A stretch of 64,000 nt of DNA, taken from the IMG/VR virus record IMGVR_UViG_2974621193_000001, positions 1 to 64,000 of that record. One strand, written 5' to 3'. The translations under genes and the position numbers were made by a program. Origin of the DNA: a virus. Taxonomy: Duplodnaviria > Caudoviricetes. The notes under the pieces are model-generated. The model worked only from the letters and a program-made list of their open reading frames with translations, was not told the DNA's origin and did no database searches. Shown piece by piece: positions 1 to 8,959 of the stretch (position 1 is its first letter; every line of letters begins with the position of its first letter).

Positions 1-366
1 GTGCATCTTTATTCAGACTTCACCCGTGATCAGTTGAGGGTTGCAACGACTTTTAGTTGCGTGTTGCATCTGATAACGTTGAAGGTCGCAACTAAATCGG
101 CGCCGCCCAGGCAAGGGAAGGCTAACCTAACTTTGCTAGCGTGAATGTGGGATGCAACTTTGCGAAGGGTGTGTGCGATCGTGAAGCTCTCTGCTCCATT
201 CTACGTGATGACCAAAATTAAACTTTGCTAGGTAGTACCACCGTCGAAGATTTAATTCCCAGTGAATGCACCAAGAACGTGTATGTTCCGGCCATTGCAT
301 TGCCATCCAGGAAAACAATAAGATTGTAATACATAAAGACGAACATATGTTCGATCAAGGAAAGTA

Positions 367-670
367 AGGAATGTATTAGGAATGTTTTTATAGTGTTTGA
401 CCTGCGGTTTTACCAATACATTCATACTATCCAAACATTCCTGCGATATTTTCCCGGCATCTGTCTTACGTGTAAGGCAGTTCACCCGCTTCCTTGCTAG
501 TACCACCGGGGCACCCCCGCGTCTGATGATCGTTCAGATACGTTCGGGTGAAAAACGCTAGGAATGTTTGGAAGGTTTTCAAAAACACGTCCTGACCTGC
601 GGTTTAAACATTCCCAAAACGTTCCTGGGGCTAGGAATGTTTAGGAATGTTTTCGGCGTTTCCGCAGGTC
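367..670. repeat. Array of ~9 copies of AGGAATGTTT-like 10-mer in direct/inverted pairs around three (T)GACCTGCGG cores; putative origin or packaging recognition region
   Basis: Forward copies at 367, 378, 560, 569 (degenerate), 633, 643; inverted copies at 415, 433, 606, 617; TGACCTGCGGTTT at 398 and 593, reverse core at 662; AT-rich non-coding context. Confidence 0.7.
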
Positions 671-789
671 GCGGTGTCTGACCACCTCCTCCTGGCCGGC
701 GCTCCTGGTACCACCGTGGGGTCGGGCCAGGCGTAACCAGAAAACTGTAACCACCGATTTATGGTTTATGGTTTTACGAGTTGTGCACA

Positions 790-835
790 AAGCAAACCAC
801 CCGCGCCGGATAGTACCGACGCGGGTGGTTTGCTT
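790..835 (-). terminator. Intrinsic terminator closing the leftward replication operon
   Basis: Perfect 16-bp inverted repeat (790-805/820-835) just after the stop at 842; T-rich tail on minus strand. Confidence 0.8.
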
Positions 836-841
836 GAGGGG

Positions 842-1294
842 CTAGTGCTTGGGTATGAACAGCTTGCTGCCGCCTCGTTTCAGGGCCGCGGGGTAGCTCA
901 AGCCCTCGCCAGTGAAGATCTGCTCGAGGGACGCGGGCTGGCCGGCCTCTTCACTCATGACATGCTCGACCACCCAGCTCAACGCCTTGGCTGCACCGGC
1001 GGTCTCGCTGACCCCGACCGCGATCTGCGATTGCTTCGTCGGGTCGGTCTCGAGCTGGAGCTTGACCGTGAGCTGCTGGTAGATGTGATGGAAGTACTCG
1101 CTGCCGTTGACGATCAGCTTGACGAGCTGCTGAATCGACTCGAGCATCTCCTCCTGGGCTGGCGTGTTGATCTCGGCGCTGATCAGCGCGACCGCGCCTT
1201 CGATCTCCTTGTAGTGCCAGTCGTCGGTTGCGCCGTTCTCGGCAAGTTGAATCAGGCGGTCCAGCGCTTCGCCTGCGCTTGCGAACTCGCTCAC
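842..1294 (-). CDS. Hypothetical protein (150 aa)
   Basis: GTG start overlapping upstream stop, SD AAGGAG, GC3-biased codons. Confidence 0.75.
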   Translation of the reverse strand: MSEFASAGEALDRLIQLAENGATDDWHYKEIEGAVALISAEINTPAQEEMLESIQQLVKLIVNGSEYFHHIYQQLTVKLQLETDPTKQSQIAVGVSETAGAAKALSWVVEHVMSEEAGQPASLEQIFTGEGLSYPAALKRGGSKLFIPKH

Positions 1295-1554
1295 GGTCGG
1301 AGCTCCTTTACCTTGTTGTCGAGCTCCTCGTAGAGGTCTCGGAGTAGCTTGCGACCGTTGTCGAGGTGTGCGTAGGCTGCGCCTACGGTGATCCGCAGCC
1401 AGTCGTTGTCGTTGATCTCGGGATGCACTCGCAACCGCTCGCTTGCGTCCCGGAGGTCAATGACCTTGGAGTACAGCTTGCGCACTTCGGTCGCCGCGGT
1501 GCGCAGTCGGGCTAACTCCTGGTATATCTCTTCTTGTGTGGTCTGTTCGCTCAC
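1291..1554 (-). CDS. Hypothetical protein (87 aa, MSEQTTQEEIY...)
   Basis: C-terminal part of track ORF 1291-1911; GTG at 1554 overlaps upstream stop, SD GAGG. Confidence 0.7.
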   Translation of the reverse strand: MSEQTTQEEIYQELARLRTAATEVRKLYSKVIDLRDASERLRVHPEINDNDWLRITVGAAYAHLDNGRKLLRDLYEELDNKVKELRP

Positions 1555-1823
1555 GCTACCTCTGTTCCCTTCTTGAGTGACTCTTGGTATTCGGCCAACC
1601 TCTGCTCGAGGTATGCGTCGCGGATCGGGTTCGAGGCCTTCATGTTCTTGTTCTGGCTTCTGATTCGATCCCGGTGCTGCTTGAGGCATAGTGGCCCCTT
1701 GCACCCGTCCGCGTACCCGATTGGTCGGCCATGCTTGTGTGCAGCGATATTCGGGCTGGCGAGCTCGGCATCCACCTGAGCCTTCAGCTTCGCGATGTAC
1801 TCTTTGATGGTGTCGCCGCTCAT
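1551..1823 (-). CDS. Hypothetical protein with HG-x4-Y-x2-GC-x4-C motif (possible metal binding)
   Basis: ATGA overlap with helicase stop; His/Cys motif HGRPIGYADGCKGPLC. Confidence 0.7.
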   Translation of the reverse strand: MSGDTIKEYIAKLKAQVDAELASPNIAAHKHGRPIGYADGCKGPLCLKQHRDRIRSQNKNMKASNPIRDAYLEQRLAEYQESLKKGTEVA

Positions 1824-4087
1824 TTTGCCTGATCCTTCTTGTTCTTGGTGATCCCTGTGACTGTTGCGACCCCTTGCTTGAGCTGCCGCATCGCAGCCAC
1901 CTCGGGATCAAAGTAACGTGGTTTCTTGGGTCCTCTCGTGTTGGCCCCCATTGCCGACTGAACCTCGCCCCTCTCGATAAGAGACTCTAGGCGCCGACCA
2001 ATCTCGACACTGTCCCACCCCCTGGTTTTGAGTTTGTCCTGAATTGTGCCGAAGGTAACGTAGCCCTTGCTCTCGGTAAAGGTCTTGATGACCTTCTTGA
2101 GTGCCTCGTCGATCTCGTTACCCAGTGTGAGTATCGTTTTCTCCCCGGTCACCGTGGTGGCCCGGTTGAGATACTCCATTACCCACATGGCAGAGGTAAT
2201 GTCCTCTGACATGACCTTGTCCGCTCGACGGTTGACCGCGAACAGGGTAGACAATTTATAAAGCTTCAGGTCAAACCGGGACTTGAGATCGTCGCCGATC
2301 TTCCAGGTCTCGACTACCTGATAGCACTGGCGCATCAAGTCCCGAGCCGAGTGGTCCACATCAAGGAAAACCAGCTTGCGAACAGACTTGCCTTGCGGGT
2401 CCACTTTGCCCATGTAGTACGCAGCAACGTCAGTGTAGAGCTCCTGACAGTGCGACGTGTTCTTCATCTTGTCATCGAAGGGGTCGCCGACCGGGGGCTT
2501 GTTTCCGGTGACTACTTCGAATCGAGCGAGCAGACCATTACCGATATTGCCTCGGCCAATCAGCTGCGGAAGCGCCTTGGGCTGCACGCCAGCACTGAAG
2601 ACCATGTTCGGATTGATCGCGATAGTTACACCGCCAGACCTCGAGCCAGCCTGGATAGCTCCGTCAAGTGCTGAGTTGTTGTCCATCTCCTGAAAGATTC
2701 CGACCAGGGAGCTTCCTGTGACTGCGCCCTTGCCCATGAACCTGGACAACTCGTCAACCTCAAGGTCTGCCATGACGTCCATGACCTTGTACTTAACTCC
2801 GGCCTCGATCTCTTCGCTCAAGCTCTCAAGCAAGAACTCGCCGGACCCAGGCTCGATCAAGCGCTTGACTCCGGTGTGAGTTCCGTACGGGCGCCCGCTG
2901 GGCGGAACAGGCTTCCACTCGTAAACGATGTGGTCAAGTATCTCATCCATCGGCCTGCGTGACTGTGACTTGCCAGCACCGGTGGCACCGACAAACAGTA
3001 CTGATAGTGTGGTCTTGAACGGGCGACCAACCCTTCCTCGTAGATATGGGCCTGCCGACAGGGAGAGCAACTGCAGGCCCCGGAAGAGGCTATACTCTTT
3101 TGGTACGCTCATGTCCTCGACCACCTTCATGTACTCGTACAGGGGTGTACCCTCGGGTATGTTGTCAAAGATGTTCTCAATCTCGGGTAGCTTATCTCCC
3201 GTATCTGTCGGTACCTCGATGGAAGTTACGAGTGCGGACGGTTCGTCGACCTCTTTGTCGCTGGCCGGCGATGCCCCTAGACTGGCCGGTCGGGTGTCGG
3301 TGGGTGCAGGTGGCTCATCTTTAACGGAGTAGGCTCCAAACTCCTTACGGCTAAAAGATGTCGGGCCAATCTGTGGCAGGTCGTCATCCAATGCCGCGAG
3401 GCTGAAGCCTAGCTGATCTGCAACCTCCTGTGCCGAGACTGGCTTTGAGGTGATATCCTCGACCGCCTGCTCGACCTGACTGACGTAAGACTCGCCATAC
3501 TCTTCAAGCTCCCGCTGCTGGGTCTCGGGAGACTTGCCGATGTACACCTTGCCCTGGCGAACGAACTGCCAGCCGCACATCTCCTCGAGTGTGATCTGCT
3601 TGGCCTTGGCGAACTCCTTGCCCTTCGCTGCCTGACCATAGGGCAGACCATTCGCAGCTGCCACCATGTCGATGATCCCGCCGCCGTTGTCGCACTGGCC
3701 ATAGCAGACCCATGTGTTCTTGACGACGTTGATGCAGGCGGCTTCGGTGTTCGAGTTGTCGTGATCCACCGAAGGACAGAACACGAGTATCTCATTCTTG
3801 CCACCCGAGCGCTTGGGGTCGACCTTGCGGCCGGTCAGGCGCTCGTAGACATCACGAACCTTGAGGCGCTTGAGTGCTTCGTCCTCTTCGTTCTGACGCT
3901 CGGCCTTCTCCTTGCGCCAGTCGTGCTCGTCGTCCCAGACTTCAGGAGCGGCTTCGGCGAACTCGGATGGAACCTCGGCGTCAGACTCGACAGTCTCCAG
4001 CTGTGACTTGGCTGCCGCCTCGGCTTCTTCCCTTGCTACCTTCTCCTTGAGCATCTCAAGGATCGGGTTGGGCTTCTTGTCACTCAT
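1820..4087 (-). CDS. Replicative helicase-like ATPase (DUF3987-like) with N-terminal CHC2-like primase zinc finger
   Basis: FCPSVDHD...WVCYGQCDNGGGIIDMV zinc finger; Walker A GATGAGKS; Walker B EVDE; LLARF; C-terminal winged-helix-like segment. Confidence 0.7.
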   Translation of the reverse strand: MSDKKPNPILEMLKEKVAREEAEAAAKSQLETVESDAEVPSEFAEAAPEVWDDEHDWRKEKAERQNEEDEALKRLKVRDVYERLTGRKVDPKRSGGKNEILVFCPSVDHDNSNTEAACINVVKNTWVCYGQCDNGGGIIDMVAAANGLPYGQAAKGKEFAKAKQITLEEMCGWQFVRQGKVYIGKSPETQQRELEEYGESYVSQVEQAVEDITSKPVSAQEVADQLGFSLAALDDDLPQIGPTSFSRKEFGAYSVKDEPPAPTDTRPASLGASPASDKEVDEPSALVTSIEVPTDTGDKLPEIENIFDNIPEGTPLYEYMKVVEDMSVPKEYSLFRGLQLLSLSAGPYLRGRVGRPFKTTLSVLFVGATGAGKSQSRRPMDEILDHIVYEWKPVPPSGRPYGTHTGVKRLIEPGSGEFLLESLSEEIEAGVKYKVMDVMADLEVDELSRFMGKGAVTGSSLVGIFQEMDNNSALDGAIQAGSRSGGVTIAINPNMVFSAGVQPKALPQLIGRGNIGNGLLARFEVVTGNKPPVGDPFDDKMKNTSHCQELYTDVAAYYMGKVDPQGKSVRKLVFLDVDHSARDLMRQCYQVVETWKIGDDLKSRFDLKLYKLSTLFAVNRRADKVMSEDITSAMWVMEYLNRATTVTGEKTILTLGNEIDEALKKVIKTFTESKGYVTFGTIQDKLKTRGWDSVEIGRRLESLIERGEVQSAMGANTRGPKKPRYFDPEVAAMRQLKQGVATVTGITKNKKDQAK

Positions 4088-4311
4088 GCGTACTCCAGTC
4101 GGCTGATCTTGATGCGACCTTCTGGTACGCCGAGCTTCTTTGAGGCAGCTCGCGTTGCGGTCATGGTGACATTGCTCTTGTGGTAACAGCCGGTCGCGAC
4201 CAGCATTCCACGATTGTCGTAGCAGTGTATTACGAAGCCATCGCGATCGCGTTGAGCTCTGACACGAATCTCGATACGGTTGCCCCGGAACTTATCCCTG
4301 CGATTCGGCAA
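4084..4311 (-). CDS. Hypothetical protein (75 aa)
   Basis: TTG start with SD GAGG; stop overlaps next start. Confidence 0.6.
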   Translation of the reverse strand: MPNRRDKFRGNRIEIRVRAQRDRDGFVIHCYDNRGMLVATGCYHKSNVTMTATRAASKKLGVPEGRIKISRLEYA

Positions 4312-4429
4312 TTGCCTCAGCCTCCTCTCGGGACCGCACGACGCCCAGCTCCTGCTGGTACGCGAGGGCCTGCTCCCTGGTTGGAATTACTTCGTCGGAC
4401 GGGGTGGTGGTGACTTCTTCGTCAGGCAT
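4292..4429 (-). CDS. Small acidic hypothetical protein (45 aa, MPDEEVTTTPSDEV...), not in ORF track
   Basis: Manual translation; ATG overlaps AEP stop; fills operon gap. Confidence 0.55.
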   Translation of the reverse strand: MPDEEVTTTPSDEVIPTREQALAYQQELGVVRSREEAEAIAESQG

Positions 4430-5330
4430 AAGGGTCTCCGGTATCTAAGAGGACGACGGGGTCGGGGTGCGGGCTGAGCTCCTTGGTGGACAAGCGCTGG
4501 TCGATGAAGAACGTGGGGTCTTTGTCGTGCTTGAGGTTGACCCCCAGCGGGAGACGGCAGAGGTTGCCGAGGTCCTTGTCCTTCATGGAAGCCTGCTTGG
4601 GGAATATCTCCACCGTCAGGTTCTGGTAGTTGTAGTACGGATCGGTCTCCGCGTGCTTGAAGAAGTTATCGCCGTGCACGGCTTCGAAGCCTGCGTTCGG
4701 CGATATGAGCTTGCCGGCATACTCGAGCGTCATGAGCGCGGCAGCACGGGCCACCTTCGCGTCGATGGGTTCCGGGAAGAACGCATAGACATGGCAACCC
4801 TTGTTGCCAGAGTAGGCCGCGGCTGACTCTAGCTGGAGATGGTTCTGGATCGCAGAGGTGAGAATGTCGCACATCGAGCGCATCTGGTACTTGAGCCAGG
4901 GGCGTGCGGGGCTGCGACGATCGTGCCATGCAGACCGGGGGTGAAGGGGGTGCACATGCTGTGCAACGACTTTGTCGAAGTCGGCATCGGTGGTCTCGGC
5001 GAGAACCTCGTCGGGCAGGTCGACCCAGGTGCCGTGGCCGATCTCGCAGCACGGCGGGAGCGGCTTGTCTTTCTTGCGCTTGTTGCAATACCCGGTGTCG
5101 AGGTCGATGTCGAACACGATAAGCTTCGTGAGCCCGTCCGCGTCGCAGGTGTAGTGACCGAAGGTCTGCTCCTTGGTTACATGGGCAACGAGGTCGCCCA
5201 TCTTCCAGGGCTCGCGCACCGGACGGTATCCACCGTCGGCAACCTGTACGGCCTTGACGTCCTTGCGTTGGATGAATCGCTTTGCGAGTAACTTGGCGAG
5301 CGTGGCATCTCTTGCGTCTACCTCAGGCAA
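4422..5330 (-). CDS. Archaeo-eukaryotic primase (AEP) primase-polymerase, TOTE-primase-like
   Basis: Motif I LIVFDIDLD, motif II SGNKGCHVY, motif III region GNLCRLPLG; TTG start at 5330 with SD GAAAGGAG. Confidence 0.85.
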   Translation of the reverse strand: MPEVDARDATLAKLLAKRFIQRKDVKAVQVADGGYRPVREPWKMGDLVAHVTKEQTFGHYTCDADGLTKLIVFDIDLDTGYCNKRKKDKPLPPCCEIGHGTWVDLPDEVLAETTDADFDKVVAQHVHPLHPRSAWHDRRSPARPWLKYQMRSMCDILTSAIQNHLQLESAAAYSGNKGCHVYAFFPEPIDAKVARAAALMTLEYAGKLISPNAGFEAVHGDNFFKHAETDPYYNYQNLTVEIFPKQASMKDKDLGNLCRLPLGVNLKHDKDPTFFIDQRLSTKELSPHPDPVVLLDTGDPYA

Positions 5331-5380
5331 GGTATCACTCCTTTCCACAGGTGTCCCGGTGTGTCCGGGGCACGGTGTGT

Positions 5381-5410
5381 ACCGTACCACATCATGCTAA
5401 CAATTGTCAA
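5381..5410 (-). promoter_or_regulatory. SigA-type promoter for replication operon
   Basis: TTGACA-18 bp-TACGGT with TGG extension. Confidence 0.7.
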
Positions 5411-5463
5411 ACACACACCTGAGCTGCGTGTTTGCCGGGTGCACCCCCGCGCGCAGGGCTAGA

Positions 5464-5472
5464 TGGTACTAT
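5464..5472 (+). promoter_or_regulatory. Extended -10 promoter, probably leaderless, for packaging operon
   Basis: TGG-TACTAT 6 nt before ATG 5479; no SD. Confidence 0.6.
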
Positions 5473-5478
5473 CGGTCC

Positions 5479-6885
5479 ATGCCGAAACTGCACCAAGGAA
5501 GACGCTATGACCTCTGGTGGCAGAACCCCTTCAAGTATTACGAACACTTGAAGGACTCGGGGGAAAGCCAGGTACTCTTCGACCACTCGCTGTTGGAGAA
5601 GTACAAAGTTAACCCGAGAGAGTTCATGCTCCAGCATTTCCGAGGCATGTCGTGGAGGTGCTACGTCATGAATAAGGACTGTGTTGTACTCTTCGATCAC
5701 ACCTGCGGACCCAGGGAATCGCTCGGTTCATGGCCCATCTGGGATTACGAGAAGCACGATCTCGCTGAACTCAAGGACCTCCTTGAGACGCCGTGGAAGG
5801 ATCGACCGATCTCCGAGCACGCTGATTGGTATGAGGTACCCAGCCCTCATCAGCCGCATCGGGTGTTCCTCAAGAACGCAGTGACCGGACTGTACGATCC
5901 CATCTGGCGCAAGCGCCGACTCAGGCTCACGAAGATTCAGCGGCTCTATCCCGAGTGCGAGATGTTCCTCAAGCCCAAGGGCTTTGCGGTGGGTCTGATG
6001 TTCGGCTCGGGATTCACAGCCTGCTCTGTCGATCCCTACGAGATGCGCTGGCTGGAGAAGGGGAAGATCATTCTTCCCAATGGCCGAAAGGTTCATCTCG
6101 AGAACGTTGACAAGTTCGCAAGGGAGATCGAGCACTTCGGCTTTGATCCTTACGATGTGCGTTACGATCAGGACGTGGGATTGCTTTACTGCATCGCGTC
6201 GATCCGCTACGCTGCCCACCATTGGGACGATCCGACTGGCCCCTTCTATAACCAGAAGGGTGTGCACATGAGGGCTCCCGACTTCAACAACCCTGACATG
6301 TACGCGCCGATGCCTTCGTACGAGAAGGTGTCGATCAAGCTCGACAAGATCAAGCCGACCGATAAGGTGCTATGCGACTCGTGTTCGCTGTGGCGCCTGT
6401 GTCCCGCCTATCGCACCGAGGAGGTGTGTGGATTGCCCAGCTCAGAGACACGCAAGCTCGCCGACATGGCGCTGTCGCGTAACGCCGACGACGTTGTGGA
6501 GATGCTCGCGTCTGTGGTCAGCAAGCAGGCCGAGCGGGTGGAGCGCAAGATCGACGACGAGAAGTTCCTTGAGAGTGGCTACGACAAGGATGTTGACAAG
6601 ATGCTCAACAACCTGTTCAAGAACGGCGCAACTCTCGCCAAGCTGCGGAACCCGAACCTCGGTCGGCCGCTCGTGCAGATCAACGCGAACGTCAACCCTC
6701 AGGCGCAGGCGATCGAGCAGGCTGACCCGCGGGCGCTCGCGATGGGCGTGATTCGAGAGCTTGAAGAGAGCGGTGTCCCCCGCGAGGACATCACCGAAGA
6801 GATGATCGAGAAGCATCTCCAGGCCAACTACGCACCAAAGCAACTCGAGGGCGAGGTCGTGGATGCCGAGGTGACCGATGGCTGA
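5479..6885 (+). CDS. Putative terminase small subunit fusion: degenerate TGT/DpdA-like N-domain + Cys4 finger + helical C-domain
   Basis: Immediately upstream of and overlapping TerL; CDSC-x5-CP-x7-C motif; function inferred. Confidence 0.5.
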   Translation: MPKLHQGRRYDLWWQNPFKYYEHLKDSGESQVLFDHSLLEKYKVNPREFMLQHFRGMSWRCYVMNKDCVVLFDHTCGPRESLGSWPIWDYEKHDLAELKDLLETPWKDRPISEHADWYEVPSPHQPHRVFLKNAVTGLYDPIWRKRRLRLTKIQRLYPECEMFLKPKGFAVGLMFGSGFTACSVDPYEMRWLEKGKIILPNGRKVHLENVDKFAREIEHFGFDPYDVRYDQDVGLLYCIASIRYAAHHWDDPTGPFYNQKGVHMRAPDFNNPDMYAPMPSYEKVSIKLDKIKPTDKVLCDSCSLWRLCPAYRTEEVCGLPSSETRKLADMALSRNADDVVEMLASVVSKQAERVERKIDDEKFLESGYDKDVDKMLNNLFKNGATLAKLRNPNLGRPLVQINANVNPQAQAIEQADPRALAMGVIRELEESGVPREDITEEMIEKHLQANYAPKQLEGEVVDAEVTDG

Positions 6886-8842
6886 TCCAGTCTTCGAAGA
6901 AATCATGTGGCTGAAGGACAACCCCGAGTTCCGCCTTCGGCCAGCCAACATCCGTGAGTTTTGCGGGCCTGGCTATCTCAAGGAGCGCAACGTGCGCCCC
7001 GGTATCATGGACGCTCTGCTTGAGACATTCGGAGAGGAGGTGAACTCTTATGCGATTAGCAATAAGCGCCGGGCTCTGCTTACTGGCGCTATTGGCATTG
7101 GCAAGTCTACTTATGCTGCCATTGCCCTGAGCTACATGGTGCACTGGATCAAGTGCCTGAACAATCCCAAGGAGTTCTACAACCTCTCGGAAGACTCTGT
7201 CATCGGCTTTATGATGATGAGTACGAACGAGAAGCTGGCGCAAGAGGTCATCTTCCAGAAGGTAAAGAAGCGTATCCAGAACTCTGCGTGGTTTGATCGG
7301 TACTCCCCGCTCGCCGAAGAGAACAAGCAGATGCAGAAGCAGATGCGGTTCGAGGGTGACATCTGGATCGTGCCAGGCTCTTCACTCGAGACGGCGTTCG
7401 AGGGTTACGATATTCTCGGCGGGATCGTGGACGAGGGTGACTCGCATAAGGTCACCGACCAGAAGGACTACGCCGAGGCTGGTTACAACACCATCGAGTC
7501 TCGTATCGAATCTCGGTTCACTGACTTCCATACCGGACAGCATCGCGGTCTCATCATTTGCATTGGCCAGGCCAAGCGCAAGGGCGGATTCATGCTCCGC
7601 CACTACGACGACTTCACCAAGGACCCCGACTCGGTCGCGGTCCGCATGACCATCTGGGAATCCTTCGGATGGCACAACTACACCAAGGACAAGAAAGACA
7701 TCGAGCGCGGGAAGGAGACCGCTGAGCGCGACAGCTTCTACTACGACATCCAGAAGCGTGAGATGTACTCCAAGGAAGCGGCGCAGCTCATTATGAACAA
7801 GAACCTCATTGAGGTTCCAACTCAGTACAGAAAGAGCTTCGAACGTGATCCGGTTAAAGCGCTCCGAGACCTTGCGGGAATACCTCCAGAGGTCGACGAC
7901 CCATTCATCTCCCGCCCCGACTTCATTCTCGAGAACCAGAATCTCTGGCACGAGCGCTACCCGGACTACACTACGCCTGTGGATACCGAGTCTCGACTCG
8001 ATCGCATCGTTCTTCCTGATTGGTTTCTGCCTGGCAACCTGGGCGGTCCTTACCGTCGGGTCATTCATATTGACACGGCTTACTCTCCAGACGGTGATGC
8101 ACTGGGGCTTGCGATGGCTCACGTCCCTGAGAAAGTCAACCAGTACGGAGAAGAACGACCCGTCATAGTCTTCGATCTTCTGCTGCGGATCAAGGCCACG
8201 CCGTCGGTGGAGATCAACTTCGGAGAGATTCGCAAGTTCATCTACATGCTGCGTGACGACCTCGGGTTCGAGATCGACATGGTGACCATCGACGGGTTCA
8301 ACTCTTTTGACTTCATCCAGCAGCTGCGCAAGAACAAGATCAAGTCGGACTACCTCTCGGTCGACAAGACCAAGGCTCCATACGAGGACGTGCGCGAAGT
8401 CATCAACGACAAGCGGTGCGAGATGCCGATGTACATGGTGCACTACAAGCTCGGCGACACCGAGGTCGTGAATATCGCATACAAGGAGCTGTCCGAGATT
8501 CAGGACACCGGCAAGAAGATTGACCACCCGAAGGACGGCAGTAAGGATATTGCTGACGCCATCACCGGGTGCGTGCACAACCTGGTGTCCAACACGAAGT
8601 ACATACGCGAGGCGCGAACGGTTGAGCGCGCCGGAAGCAACCCCCAGAAGATCGTCGTGTCTGACGGTAGCGATTTCTTCAGCGAGGCACCTGACGCCAT
8701 GAAGGCCTCGATGGATGCGAACTCTCCGATCTCGTTCGAGGAGTTCACCAAGAATCAGAACGGCCTCCTGGCCGGAGGGGTGAGTCTTGATATACTCATG
8801 AACGGCAACGGTCCGCCTGGATTTGAAGATCGCATGTGGTGA
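6878..8842 (+). CDS. Terminase large subunit
   Basis: Walker A GAIGIGKST, Walker B GIVDEGD, nuclease IHIDTA and DHPKDGSKDIADA motifs. Confidence 0.95.
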   Translation: MADPVFEEIMWLKDNPEFRLRPANIREFCGPGYLKERNVRPGIMDALLETFGEEVNSYAISNKRRALLTGAIGIGKSTYAAIALSYMVHWIKCLNNPKEFYNLSEDSVIGFMMMSTNEKLAQEVIFQKVKKRIQNSAWFDRYSPLAEENKQMQKQMRFEGDIWIVPGSSLETAFEGYDILGGIVDEGDSHKVTDQKDYAEAGYNTIESRIESRFTDFHTGQHRGLIICIGQAKRKGGFMLRHYDDFTKDPDSVAVRMTIWESFGWHNYTKDKKDIERGKETAERDSFYYDIQKREMYSKEAAQLIMNKNLIEVPTQYRKSFERDPVKALRDLAGIPPEVDDPFISRPDFILENQNLWHERYPDYTTPVDTESRLDRIVLPDWFLPGNLGGPYRRVIHIDTAYSPDGDALGLAMAHVPEKVNQYGEERPVIVFDLLLRIKATPSVEINFGEIRKFIYMLRDDLGFEIDMVTIDGFNSFDFIQQLRKNKIKSDYLSVDKTKAPYEDVREVINDKRCEMPMYMVHYKLGDTEVVNIAYKELSEIQDTGKKIDHPKDGSKDIADAITGCVHNLVSNTKYIREARTVERAGSNPQKIVVSDGSDFFSEAPDAMKASMDANSPISFEEFTKNQNGLLAGGVSLDILMNGNGPPGFEDRMW

Positions 8843-8844
8843 CG

Positions 8845-8883
8845 ACAACCCCGTGGCTAGCGTAATGCTGGACACGGGGTTGT
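8845..8883 (+). terminator. Stem-loop after terL, overlapping portal promoter
   Basis: 11-bp inverted repeat ACAACCCCGTG/CACGGGGTTGT followed by TTTC. Confidence 0.6.
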
Positions 8884-8898
8884 TTCCTACTGTAGTGT
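8869..8898 (+). promoter_or_regulatory. Putative promoter for portal
   Basis: TGGACA-18-TAGTGT. Confidence 0.45.
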
Positions 8899-8959
8899 CC
8901 CCGGCTAACTTCCATGCAGCGCTTCGCATCAGTGCGATCCCCTGCCGACAGGAGACAAG

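Noticed and set aside
252-506. Track ORFs 136-318 and 252-506 as genes
   Set aside because: No SD, atypical codons, overlap the repeat array
367-670. Left-end repeats as a CRISPR array
   Set aside because: Units are 10-13 bp, mixed orientation, with no regular unique spacers
7382-8929. Long antisense ORFs (also 12854-14590, 30923-32593, 59104-60396)
   Set aside because: Shadow frames of high-GC3 genes on the opposite strand; no motifs or SD
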